From the sequence record DRR378314_434: a stretch of DNA of 64,000 nt. One strand, written 5' to 3'. Positions 9,274 to 18,898 of this stretch are shown here, in pieces (the first letter of the stretch is position 1; each line of letters begins with the position of its first letter). The position numbers and the translations under genes were made by a program. The notes under the pieces were generated by a model. It was given only the letters and a program-made list of their open reading frames with translations. It ran no database searches and was not told where the DNA came from.

Positions 9274-9450
9274 ATGCTTGGACTTTTTAAGTCAGACCCT
9301 ACGAAGAAAATGCGCAAAGAACTAAAGCAGCTGCAAGAAAAAGCCATGGAAATGCAGCGTAACGGAAACATTCGCGATAGTTCGCATATCAGCCAACAAG
9401 CAGACGAACTCTGGAACAAGATTCAGGCGTTGGAAAGCCAGAATAAATAA
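9274..9450 (+). CDS. Small helical protein, DUF6435-like
   Basis: MLGLFKSDPTKKMRKE...AMEMQRNGNIR; GAGG upstream of ATG 9274. Confidence 0.75.
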   Translation: MLGLFKSDPTKKMRKELKQLQEKAMEMQRNGNIRDSSHISQQADELWNKIQALESQNK

Positions 9451-9485
9451 GGTTATGGGTTGCTAACTGGCAACCCACTTTTCGC

Positions 9486-10724
9486 CTACCGTCCTTCCAG
9501 CAATAGCTTAAACCACTCTTCGTTCTCATTGCTGGTCACCTGTTCTAAGTGTTCTAGAAGTTGTTCAGTCTCGGTTACGGGTTCTGTCATATACCAATGC
9601 AGTAACTGCTCAAATTTCTCCTCACCAATTCTGTCTTTTAACTTTTTCAACATAAGCGGGCCAAGGCCGTAATTCACTTTGAAAGAAGCTCGTTGTTCAG
9701 TGTCAGCACGCCAGACATAGCTCTGCCCTTTTGCACGTGCTTTCCACTCAGCCAGTATTTGCGCGTATGCCTCAACGCCAAAACTTGATTTCACCTCTTG
9801 GGCAGCCACGTATTCGGCAAAGGACTCCATCATCCAGTAATCATGCGACATGGCATCGCCAAATGCTGTCCAGTTATGAGAAAGCTCGTGACAAATATAG
9901 TGATAACTCTGTTGCTTTGATTGCAGCCGTTGGCTACTGACTGACAAATAATTTCCGCGCGCGAAGCTGGGGCCGTCACGATCTAAAATCACTAAAGTAG
10001 CTGACTCCAATTTGTCTTCCTGACCATATTTTTGGTTCAACGAGGCCTGACAGCTACTACCTAATGCTGCCAGTGGTCTGGCGTGCTCTTCATTTGCTTT
10101 GTCATAAACAACAGAGAAACTCCCGTCGTTGTACTCGCTACCGCTTGAAGTCGCGTAAAAAGACACATCAATCCAGCCTTTTGTACTCTTTAGTCTGTAT
10201 TGGTTGCCATTCTGAACAACAGTTCCGGGGCCATACATCTTCCAATCAGACGGTAATTTCACTTCAAGTTCGCCCTGCATAGGTGTTGCGAAATTCGTAT
10301 AGAACGGGTGCCAGGCAGAATCTATACTCAGATGAATACCGTCCTCAGTAATAAAGTTGCCATGCCCACCGGTATTGTCGACTACACCAGCATAAGAAAG
10401 CGTAATTTCGTGTGTTTTTGAGGGTTCTTCAAAGGCCAAAGCAATTTCGTTCCATGGCGGTACTTTTTCCGAAGGATTAACCGAGTATCCTTTTAAGCCT
10501 TCACCTGAAATATCAGCAATAGTAAAACTCTTATTGAGAAATAACCGAGCCTCATTACTCGTTAAAGCCGACGCCGGAATCGTTAACTCTGTCGTTACTT
10601 TCAACTCCCCAGACTCAATATCAAACTCGGCTGAGGTATCGTATTGCGCGAAGTTTCCCGGGCTCTGGACAATAGCGGCACCTGGCAGAAGAAATAAAAT
10701 AGAGAGCAAAAAGGCTATTCTCAT
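9486..10724 (-). CDS. Secreted gluzincin metallopeptidase (M1-like)
   Basis: Signal peptide; HELSH-x16-ESFAEY; downstream YxxG motif (NYGLGP). Confidence 0.8.
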   Translation of the reverse strand: MRIAFLLSILFLLPGAAIVQSPGNFAQYDTSAEFDIESGELKVTTELTIPASALTSNEARLFLNKSFTIADISGEGLKGYSVNPSEKVPPWNEIALAFEEPSKTHEITLSYAGVVDNTGGHGNFITEDGIHLSIDSAWHPFYTNFATPMQGELEVKLPSDWKMYGPGTVVQNGNQYRLKSTKGWIDVSFYATSSGSEYNDGSFSVVYDKANEEHARPLAALGSSCQASLNQKYGQEDKLESATLVILDRDGPSFARGNYLSVSSQRLQSKQQSYHYICHELSHNWTAFGDAMSHDYWMMESFAEYVAAQEVKSSFGVEAYAQILAEWKARAKGQSYVWRADTEQRASFKVNYGLGPLMLKKLKDRIGEEKFEQLLHWYMTEPVTETEQLLEHLEQVTSNENEEWFKLLLEGR

Positions 10725-10856
10725 GTTCGTTCCCTGTGTATTATTTGTGCCTTACACTAGCAGTCCCGGTCAGGTTTCTCACTAACCTATTTGTTACAAA
10801 ATATTGGCTTCTGAAATCTATGCACCCACTCCCCATTAATAATATCTAAAACAAAC

Positions 10857-10885
10857 TTGCAAATAGTAATAATTCTCATTATGAT
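10857..10885 (+). promoter_or_regulatory. Sigma70 promoter overlapped by a Fur box
   Basis: TTGCAA-17 bp-TATGAT; spacer contains AATAGTAATAATTCTCATT. Confidence 0.75.
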
Positions 10886-10891
10886 CTTCCC

Positions 10892-10995
10892 CGCAATTAC
10901 TTAAGCACTCTTAAGTTTTGCTTTTACAGGTCTTTGCTTTTCCTCTCTCTGGAAGTGCAAATTTGTTCCCTAGCTTCGGCTAGGGAACTTTTTTT
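10892..10995 (+). ncRNA. Candidate Fur-repressed small RNA (RyhB/PrrF-like role)
   Basis: Lies between a Fur-boxed promoter and an intrinsic terminator; 5' hairpin acttaag-cact-cttaagt, pyrimidine-rich centre, no plausible self-contained ORF. Confidence 0.65.
10965..10995 (+). terminator. Rho-independent terminator
   Basis: gttccctagc-ttcg-gctagggaac followed by T7. Confidence 0.9.
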
Positions 10996-11074
10996 ACTAA
11001 GGCCACCTTCAACACACTCCAAAGCCCGCACACCACTGTATACAAATAAACTGAAAACTTATTTTAGCTTTATA

Positions 11075-11103
11075 TTGAAACGCAAATCATTCTCATTTAT
11101 GAT
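11075..11103 (+). promoter_or_regulatory. Sigma70 promoter with Fur box for the TonB-dependent receptor
   Basis: TTGAAA-17 bp-TATGAT; spacer CGCAAATCATTCTCATT. Confidence 0.75.
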
Positions 11104-11131
11104 CCTCCTCCGACATTTCACGGGGGTATCA

Positions 11132-13282
11132 ATGAAACTGACAAAATGCTTTATCGCACTGACTCTGGCCGGTATGACAAGCACACCACTACTGGCACAA
11201 GAGACACAAACAACAAAACCTGACACAACTGAGGCTCACGAGAACATTGAGCACATTAACGTTAAGGGTCGTGCCCAAACGCTATACCGTCAGGACTCAA
11301 GCAGTGTTGCTACACGCACGAATACGCCCATTGAAGAAATTCCACAAAGCGTTCAGGTGCTGACCGAAGAACTCATGAAAGATCAGGCCGCCCGCCAAAT
11401 AACCGATTTGTACCGCAGTATTAGTGGTGTGAATTCATTCAGTTACTCCACCATTACCTTCCGCGGTTTCCGTCAGGATGACATTTTCTATGACGGTGTT
11501 CGCGGTGACCCCTTTAACGGATTCGCCGTTCCGCAGTTATTCAACATTGGACAAATTCAGGTATTAAAAGGGCCTAGTGGCGCCATGTTCGGTAGCGGCC
11601 AGCCCGGCGGCGTTATCAACTATGTGACTAAAAAGCCAACAGCAACAGCGGAGCGTTCCATTGAGCTGGGGCTCGGAAATTACGACTACAAACGCGGCTC
11701 TGTTGAATTAAGCGGTCCGCTCACAGAAGATGCTTCTCAGCGTTATCGCGCTGGTTACTACTACGACAACGAAAAACCGTTTCGCTATAACACCGAGCAA
11801 ACCAATAAAATTCTCGATTTAGGTTACGCTTTTGATCTAGGAAGCGACAGCGAGATCATTCTTCAGTTAACCGACTATGAGCAAGACTACCAGGGCGCTC
11901 GCCTTCGCGGTGTGCCGGTTGATAATGACGGTAATTTTGTCACCGACCGTAAATGGAACCATAACGAAGCGAGCGACTTCCAGAGATTAGAAGCTACCGT
12001 TTATCAGGCTCGTATTAATCACGACTTCTCGCTTAACTGGCGCGGCGACTTAACCGTTCGTCATTATGAGAACACCGAGCGTCAGAATTACCATGAGCCT
12101 CGCGGCCTGCTTGATGCCGATTTAAATCCTGTGGACGACCCGAAAGAGGCGGTTTACAGTCAGCGTCAATTCCGTAACCAGTATCGTGAAAACGAAGCCA
12201 CCAGCGTTACCGGTAACTTAATTGGTGAACTCAATATTTCCGGTCTGGAACATACCGTGTTGATGGGCGCCGAAAGTTATACGGCTGACAACACCTTTAT
12301 TGGCAACAACGCAAACCCTGACGAAGTTCCCAATTTAGAGATCCATAACCCAGTTTACGGACTGACTTCTGGCCCCTACTCTACCGCATTAGAAAATGCG
12401 ACCCCAAGAGTTACCAAAACTCAACGCGACGGCTTCTACCTGCAGGATCAAATTTCTTTTAACGAAAAAGCGAACTTGTTACTGGGTTTGCGTTACGACC
12501 AGTTTGAAGACGAGACCAATGCGGCAGATTTTGATGACAGCGACTTAACCTACCGTATTGGTGGAACCTATGAATTTGCCGACTGGGTTCGGGCTTATGC
12601 TCTATACGGTACAGGGTTCTCACCACAGTCTGCCGGTGATCAGGAATCAGAGGTTGGCGGTCCTTTCGAGCCGGAACAGTCTGACATTAAGGAGTTGGGG
12701 GCCCGCTGGTCATTGGTTAACGACAGCATTCGTGTCAGCACAGCGGTTTACGAAATTAACCGTGAAAATATTTTGCAGGCAACTGGTGAAGTCAGCGAAG
12801 ACGGTCGCAATGTTTTAGGAAACGTAGGCAAAGTGCGCAGCCGTGGATTTGAAATTGATGTGCTGGGCGACATTACCGACCAATGGGTTATTAATGCTAA
12901 CTATGCGTACAACGACGCAAAAGTGGTAGAAACCGTACCTGGCCAGGGTATTACCAACGCAGTCGGTGACCAGTTCGCAAACGCTCCCATGCACCAAATG
13001 GGCCTATGGACACGCTATGACTTACCTGCACTGAACTCCTCTATCAGCGGTGGTATGGATTACGTGAGCGAGCAAATAAGCTTTTCTAATCCTGCTCAAC
13101 GAGTTAAGCCCTACACCGTGTTTGATGTCAGCTGGCAAACTGAGTTTGACCAGTGGTTAGTTCAGGTTAATATCAAAAACTTATTTGATAAGGAATATGC
13201 GTCAAGCGGCTTCTTAACCCGTACCGGACACTTCCCGGGCGAACCTCGTCGCATTTACGCATCGGTTAAATATCGTTTTTAA
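11132..13282 (+). CDS. TonB-dependent siderophore receptor
   Basis: Signal peptide from ATG 11132; plug motifs (IPQSVQV, VLKGPSGAMFG, PGGVIN), NLFDKEY, C-terminal YRF. Confidence 0.9.
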   Translation: MKLTKCFIALTLAGMTSTPLLAQETQTTKPDTTEAHENIEHINVKGRAQTLYRQDSSSVATRTNTPIEEIPQSVQVLTEELMKDQAARQITDLYRSISGVNSFSYSTITFRGFRQDDIFYDGVRGDPFNGFAVPQLFNIGQIQVLKGPSGAMFGSGQPGGVINYVTKKPTATAERSIELGLGNYDYKRGSVELSGPLTEDASQRYRAGYYYDNEKPFRYNTEQTNKILDLGYAFDLGSDSEIILQLTDYEQDYQGARLRGVPVDNDGNFVTDRKWNHNEASDFQRLEATVYQARINHDFSLNWRGDLTVRHYENTERQNYHEPRGLLDADLNPVDDPKEAVYSQRQFRNQYRENEATSVTGNLIGELNISGLEHTVLMGAESYTADNTFIGNNANPDEVPNLEIHNPVYGLTSGPYSTALENATPRVTKTQRDGFYLQDQISFNEKANLLLGLRYDQFEDETNAADFDDSDLTYRIGGTYEFADWVRAYALYGTGFSPQSAGDQESEVGGPFEPEQSDIKELGARWSLVNDSIRVSTAVYEINRENILQATGEVSEDGRNVLGNVGKVRSRGFEIDVLGDITDQWVINANYAYNDAKVVETVPGQGITNAVGDQFANAPMHQMGLWTRYDLPALNSSISGGMDYVSEQISFSNPAQRVKPYTVFDVSWQTEFDQWLVQVNIKNLFDKEYASSGFLTRTGHFPGEPRRIYASVKYRF

Positions 13283-13294
13283 GGACTTTGCTCA

Positions 13295-14527
13295 ATGACT
13301 AACCGCCAGTGGTTCAAATTTCATTCCTGGGCTGGTTTTGCCTTTGCGGGGCTTTTGCTGCTTATTTGTATCACTGGCGTTTTAGCTACTCTGAGTTACG
13401 AAATTCAATACCTTAGTGACGAAAAATATCGGGCTCTAGAAGAACGCGAAGGCCCGGTGGCCTGGAAAGAGCTAGAGTCTAACCTAAGTGAAAACTACCC
13501 TGAGAGCCATATTTTAGGGGCGCAGGTGCACTCGCAAGACTACCTCGCCGGCGAAGTCCGTTTAATGACCCCAAATGGCTTTCGCTTTGTTTATTTCGAT
13601 GCGGCCAGCGGACAATTACTGGGTGAAGGTGACTGGGGGCAAGTTTCACGCTACTTACGCGACATTCACATGTATTTGTCTATGGGTGGCATAGGTAAAT
13701 ACATTGTTACCCTCACCAGCCTCCTGCTTCTTATTTCGCTTATTTCCAGCTTTTATGTTTACCGAAAATGGTGGCGCGGATTTCTCGCGAAACCCGGTAA
13801 GCTCAGTTGGAAAAAACGAACGGAGTGGTCCTCCTGGCACAAATGGATGGGGCTTTGGAGTTGGTGGTTTATCGCTACTATTACAATTACGGGAATATGG
13901 TATTTAGCCGAACATATGATGTTCAATTTTGACATTGAACATTACCCGGCAGCACCAAAAATTGAGCATACCGAAGCGCAACAGCAACAGCCCGCGCTTT
14001 CACTCACTGAACTCGTTAGTATTGCGCAAGCCGCCCGACCAGATATGGACATTACCCGATTCTACTATCCGCACCAATACAACCAACCCATGTCTTTTAC
14101 CGGACAAAATGGTTCAATACTGGTGCGTGACCGCGCTAACAGAGTATATCTTGACCCGGTTACCGGAGAGATTGCAGGAACTCAGTACGCCGGCAATTTA
14201 GGTATTGTTGCCAGAATTTCTGATACAGCCGACCCACTCCACTTTGGTGACTTCTCCGGACTGACCGTAAAACTTATTTACGCCTTCTTCGGGCTTATGC
14301 TAGTAGCATTAGTTGCAGGCGGAATGAGAATGCACTATTTACGGACTCAAAAGCGCGACCCAAACACCGCCAAATGGCTGGGAATTACCGGCAGTTTATC
14401 GCTTGTACTAAGCGTTGTGGCACTCATCTACACCACCGTTGTCTTCGACGACTACAGCAACACCTCCACGTCAATTTCTCCGCAGCTTGAACAGCTTAAA
14501 ACCAAAAAATCTAACGACTCAGAGTAA
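13295..14527 (+). CDS. PepSY-associated TM helix protein (iron-uptake associated)
   Basis: HSWAG, RDIHMYL, WHKWMG, PLHFGDFSG motifs; 12 bp after the receptor gene. Confidence 0.85.
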   Translation: MTNRQWFKFHSWAGFAFAGLLLLICITGVLATLSYEIQYLSDEKYRALEEREGPVAWKELESNLSENYPESHILGAQVHSQDYLAGEVRLMTPNGFRFVYFDAASGQLLGEGDWGQVSRYLRDIHMYLSMGGIGKYIVTLTSLLLLISLISSFYVYRKWWRGFLAKPGKLSWKKRTEWSSWHKWMGLWSWWFIATITITGIWYLAEHMMFNFDIEHYPAAPKIEHTEAQQQQPALSLTELVSIAQAARPDMDITRFYYPHQYNQPMSFTGQNGSILVRDRANRVYLDPVTGEIAGTQYAGNLGIVARISDTADPLHFGDFSGLTVKLIYAFFGLMLVALVAGGMRMHYLRTQKRDPNTAKWLGITGSLSLVLSVVALIYTTVVFDDYSNTSTSISPQLEQLKTKKSNDSE

Positions 14528-14652
14528 ATTTATTCCTTAACACTAAACCTACAAATGGTCGCAATCTGTACAACGCACAAAGTTTAGTGTAACTTAAAAT
14601 GATTATCAGATAAGGATTCCAGCCATAGTAGGCTGTTTATTAAAGGGATTTT

Positions 14653-15018
14653 ATGAAGAAAAAGTGGGAAGATTTAACCTTTTTACAAAAGGCGGTAGCT
14701 GGTGTTGTTCTAATGGCTTTAGCACTGCTTGCTCCCGAGTTTGCTATGCTGGTTCAATTTGGTGGCATTGAAGTCGCTTTCGCATTTTTACTTTTGTACC
14801 TCAAACCCACTTTGCTGTGGCTCCAGGCTAAATACAGCGAACTAGAAGCTAAACTCTTTACAGCTTATTTGTCGTTCACGCAAAGCGCGTCGACCAAACC
14901 ATCTGTGTTTTTTACCCAGGCAACATTCTGCTGCGCCGCGCTTGCTATTACAGGCTCAATGGCCTTCTCCTTCAGCTTTTTTATGCCCGCCCTGCTGTTC
15001 AATTCCGTATTAATTTAA
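14653..15018 (+). CDS. Hypothetical membrane protein
   Basis: 121-aa hydrophobic ORF with SD AAGGG. Confidence 0.65.
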   Translation: MKKKWEDLTFLQKAVAGVVLMALALLAPEFAMLVQFGGIEVAFAFLLLYLKPTLLWLQAKYSELEAKLFTAYLSFTQSASTKPSVFFTQATFCCAALAITGSMAFSFSFFMPALLFNSVLI

Positions 15019-15097
15019 TTTTCAGAAAGAACCTTCGTCAGAGGAGCGGAGTTTGTTGCTAGGCAAGGGAATAAGGGCTCGTCCCTCTGAGCCAGCA

Positions 15098-15131
15098 ACA
15101 AAAAACCCGGCTCGAAGGCCGGGTTTTGTTT
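15098..15131. terminator. Bidirectional intrinsic terminator (sucD / hypothetical gene)
   Basis: aaaacccggc-tcgaag-gccgggtttt with A/T flanks. Confidence 0.85.
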
Positions 15132-15147
15132 AAGCGTTGGCGAGTTA

Positions 15148-16020
15148 TTACCAGCCAGTTTTCTCTGCTACAGCTTTGCCGATATCGGCCAGGCTGCGTA
15201 CAGTTTTAACACCTGCTGCTTCAAGTGCAGCAAATTTCTCGTCAGCAGTACCTTTACCGCCGGCAATGATGGCACCAGCGTGGCCCATACGTTTGCCAGG
15301 AGGAGCAGTAACACCAGCAATGTAAGAAACAACCGGCTTAGATACATTGTTTTTAATGTACTCTGCCGCTTCTTCTTCTGCTGTTCCGCCGATTTCACCG
15401 ATCATTACGATAGCTTCGGTTTCTGGATCTTTCTCGAACAGTTCCAGAATATCGATGAAGTTAGAACCCGGGATAGGGTCGCCACCGATACCAACACAGC
15501 TAGACTGACCAAAACCAGCGTCAGTAGTCTGCTTAACCGCTTCATACGTTAATGTACCTGAACGTGACACGATACCCACTTTACCTTTCTTGTGGATGTG
15601 ACCAGGCATGATACCGATTTTGCACTCGTCCGGAGTGATAACACCCGGGCAGTTTGGACCGATCATGCGCACGCCTTTGTGCGTCAGATATTCTTTAACG
15701 TACAGCATATCCAGTGTAGGAATGCCTTCAGTAATACAAACAATCAGTTCGATACCAGCGTCTGCTGCTTCGATGATTGAATCTTTACAGAAAGGAGCTG
15801 GTACGTAGATAACTGAAGCAGTTGCGCCAGTTGCTTCTACAGCTTCTCTTACAGTATTGAATACAGGCAGACCTAAGTGCTCTTGACCACCTTTACCAGG
15901 TGTAACACCGCCAACCATTTGCGTACCGTAAGCAATAGCTTGTTCAGAGTGGAAAGTACCCTGACCGCCAGTAAAGCCCTGGCAGATAACTTTGGTATTT
16001 TTATCGATCAAAATGCTCAT
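15148..16020 (-). CDS. sucD: Succinyl-CoA synthetase alpha subunit
   Basis: [31 protein letters not shown]. Confidence 0.98.
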   Translation of the reverse strand: MSILIDKNTKVICQGFTGGQGTFHSEQAIAYGTQMVGGVTPGKGGQEHLGLPVFNTVREAVEATGATASVIYVPAPFCKDSIIEAADAGIELIVCITEGIPTLDMLYVKEYLTHKGVRMIGPNCPGVITPDECKIGIMPGHIHKKGKVGIVSRSGTLTYEAVKQTTDAGFGQSSCVGIGGDPIPGSNFIDILELFEKDPETEAIVMIGEIGGTAEEEAAEYIKNNVSKPVVSYIAGVTAPPGKRMGHAGAIIAGGKGTADEKFAALEAAGVKTVRSLADIGKAVAEKTGW

Positions 16021-17186
16021 TATTGACCTCCTGCCGCAGCAACCACTTTATCGGCAGCATCAGATAAGCTCTCTGCAGCGATAATGTTCAGGCCACTTTC
16101 GTTCAATTTCTGGGTACCCAGTTCAGCGTTGTTACCTTCAAGGCGAACAATAACTGGAACTTTAACACCCACTTCTTCAACAGCGCCGATAATACCTTCA
16201 GCAATCATATCGCAACGTACGATACCACCGAAGATGTTAACCAATACGGCTTTAACAGAGCTGTCTGACAGGATAATTTTGAACGCTTCAGAAACACGTT
16301 CTTTTGTCGCGCCGCCACCAACGTCAAGGAAGTTAGCTGGTTCGCCGCCACTCAGTTTAACGATGTCCATAGTACCCATCGCCAAACCAGCACCGTTAAC
16401 CATGCAACCAATGTTGCCGTCTAGTGCTACGTAGTTCAGTTCCCATTTAGCCGCTTCTGCTTCACGCGCGTCGTCTTGTGACGGATCGTGCATTTCACGG
16501 ATTTTAGGCTGACGGTACAATGCGTTGCTGTCGATGCCAACTTTCGCATCCAGACAGTGAACGTTGCCTTCGTCAGTAATAACCAATGGGTTAATTTCTA
16601 ACAGCGCTAAGTCGTACTGTTCGAACATTTTCGCCAGGCCCATGAAGACCTTAGTGAACTGCTTAACCTGGTCTGGAGTCAGACCCAGTTTAAAGCCTAG
16701 CTCGCGACCTTGGTATGGCTGCGCGCCAACCGTAGGGTCAATTTCAGCTTTCAAGATTTTCTCAGGTGTTTCTTCAGCAACGGTTTCAATTTCTACGCCG
16801 CCTTCGGTTGATGCCATGAACACGATTTTGCGTGAAGCACGGTCAACAACTGCACCTAAGTAAAGCTCGTCTGCAATGTCAGTGCAGCTTTCAACTAAAA
16901 TCTTAGCAACCGGCTGACCTTTCTCGTCGGTCTGGAAAGTTACTAAGTTTTTACCTAACCACTGCTCAGCAAATGCGCGAACGTCGTCTAAACTTTTCAC
17001 TAATTTCACGCCACCCGCTTTACCGCGGCCACCAGCGTGAACCTGACATTTGACAACCCAAATGTCGCCACCAATACGTTTTGCCGCTTCTACCGCTTCA
17101 TCAGCAGTGTCGCAGGCATAACCTTCAGATACTGGCAAACCAAACTCTTTAAAGAGTTGTTTACCCTGATACTCATGCAAATTCAT
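16020..17186 (-). CDS. sucC: Succinyl-CoA synthetase beta subunit
   Basis: [31 protein letters not shown]. Confidence 0.98.
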   Translation of the reverse strand: MNLHEYQGKQLFKEFGLPVSEGYACDTADEAVEAAKRIGGDIWVVKCQVHAGGRGKAGGVKLVKSLDDVRAFAEQWLGKNLVTFQTDEKGQPVAKILVESCTDIADELYLGAVVDRASRKIVFMASTEGGVEIETVAEETPEKILKAEIDPTVGAQPYQGRELGFKLGLTPDQVKQFTKVFMGLAKMFEQYDLALLEINPLVITDEGNVHCLDAKVGIDSNALYRQPKIREMHDPSQDDAREAEAAKWELNYVALDGNIGCMVNGAGLAMGTMDIVKLSGGEPANFLDVGGGATKERVSEAFKIILSDSSVKAVLVNIFGGIVRCDMIAEGIIGAVEEVGVKVPVIVRLEGNNAELGTQKLNESGLNIIAAESLSDAADKVVAAAGGQ

Positions 17187-17322
17187 GATGCTCTTCCGAT
17201 TCGTTGAAACAACTTAAGCAGCTAAAATGCTGCCTACCCGAATACCGCGCCGAATTTTAACCTGCTCGGCGCATAATTAACAGCCGCAAGCTAAATTGCA
17301 TTGCGGCTGGTTCTCAGCGTCT

Positions 17323-18885
17323 TTAGATATCCAGGATAAGACGTTGAGGATCTTCTAATAACTCTTTCACGGTAACCAGGAAACCTACCGATTGTTTACC
17401 ATCAATAATTCGATGGTCATAAGAAAGAGCCAGGTACATCATCGGTAAGATTTCGATCTTACCGTCTACCACCATCGCCCGCTCCTGGATTTTATGCATA
17501 CCCAGAATAGCGCTTTGTGGTGGGTTCAAAATTGGCGTTGAAAGCAGTGAACCAAATACGCCACCGTTAGTAATGGTGAAGTTACCACCCTGCATTTCAT
17601 CCATAGTCAACTTACCGTCACGGCCTTTGATAGCCAGGTCACGAATACCATTTTCCATATCCGCAATGCTTAAACGGTCAGTGTCGCGCAGAACTGGAGT
17701 TACCAGACCACGAGGCGTTGATACCGCAATGCTGATATCGAAGAAATTGTGGTAAACAATATCGTCGCCATCAATGGATGCGTTGACGTCTGGAAAACGT
17801 TTCAGTGCTTCAGTTACAGCTTTGACGTAGAAGCCCATGAAACCAAGACGCGTGCCGTGAGTTTCTTCAAACACGTCTTTGTACTTCTTACGCAAGTCCA
17901 TAATTGGCTTCATGTTGATTTCGTTAAACGTAGTCAACATGGCTGTGTCGTTCTTCGCCTGCAACAGACGCTCAGCAATACGCTTACGCAGACGTGTCAT
18001 AGGTACACGTTTTTGATCACGGTCACCTGAAACCGCAGGCTGTGAAGACTGCTGTTTGCTGCTGTCTGAAGACTTAGAAGACTGAGCTTTCACGTGTTTT
18101 TCAACGTCTTCTTTGGTGACTCGTCCGCCTTTGCCCGTGCCTTTAACATCACTTGGTTTGAGGCCGTGCTCGCCAAGTAAACGACGAACCGCAGGACCCG
18201 CTACTTCGTTGTCACCGTCATCGTCTTTATTTTCTGCAGAAGATTCAGATTTGCTCTCATCGGACTTGCTTGAACTACCGCCAGCAGACCCACCAGCTTC
18301 GACAATACCGATAACGTCATCAGCACCGACTGTCGCGCCTTCTTCGTGCTTAATTTCAGCTAAAACGCCATCAGCCGGAGCAACCACTTCCAGAACCACT
18401 TTATCGGTTTCAATATCAACCAGGTTCTGGTCACGTTTTACTGCATCGCCAGCTTTAACGTGCCAGGTAGAAACAGTGGCATCAGAGACTGATTCTGGCA
18501 GTTGAGGAACTTTAACTTCCATCTTCTCGCCAGAACCTTTTTTGTCAGAGCCTTTGTCTTCTGAAGAATCAGATTCTTTTTTCTCTGACTTCTTGTCGTC
18601 GCCTAAGTCTTTATCGTCTGATTTATCGTCAGATGCCGACGCACCGTCACCTTCTTCAATTTTTCCGATAACTTCTTCAGCTGTTACGGTAGTGCCTTCT
18701 TCGGCAGTAATTTCGCCTAAAACACCGTCTGCTTCCGCAACCACTTCCAGCACTACCTTGTCGGTTTCGATGTCAACCAGATTCTGGTCGCGCGACACTT
18801 TATCGCCAGGTTTTACGTGCCATGTTGCAATTGTTGCATCTGCAACAGACTCGGGTAATTGAGGAACTTTAATATCAATCGCCAT
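17323..18885 (-). CDS. sucB: 2-oxoglutarate dehydrogenase E2 (two lipoyl domains)
   Basis: Two ETDKVVLEV lipoyl motifs, E3-binding [22 protein letters not shown]. Confidence 0.97.
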   Translation of the reverse strand: MAIDIKVPQLPESVADATIATWHVKPGDKVSRDQNLVDIETDKVVLEVVAEADGVLGEITAEEGTTVTAEEVIGKIEEGDGASASDDKSDDKDLGDDKKSEKKESDSSEDKGSDKKGSGEKMEVKVPQLPESVSDATVSTWHVKAGDAVKRDQNLVDIETDKVVLEVVAPADGVLAEIKHEEGATVGADDVIGIVEAGGSAGGSSSKSDESKSESSAENKDDDGDNEVAGPAVRRLLGEHGLKPSDVKGTGKGGRVTKEDVEKHVKAQSSKSSDSSKQQSSQPAVSGDRDQKRVPMTRLRKRIAERLLQAKNDTAMLTTFNEINMKPIMDLRKKYKDVFEETHGTRLGFMGFYVKAVTEALKRFPDVNASIDGDDIVYHNFFDISIAVSTPRGLVTPVLRDTDRLSIADMENGIRDLAIKGRDGKLTMDEMQGGNFTITNGGVFGSLLSTPILNPPQSAILGMHKIQERAMVVDGKIEILPMMYLALSYDHRIIDGKQSVGFLVTVKELLEDPQRLILDI

Positions 18886-18898
18886 GGTTCATCTTCAC

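Noticed and set aside
10934-11131. 66-aa N-terminal extension of the TonB receptor in the ORF track
   Set aside because: It spans a terminator and a Fur-boxed promoter; the signal peptide and SD point to ATG 11132
14540-14590. 9-bp inverted repeat acactaaac/gtttagtgt
   Set aside because: AT-rich with a 33-nt loop and no supporting context; could be chance or an unidentified operator
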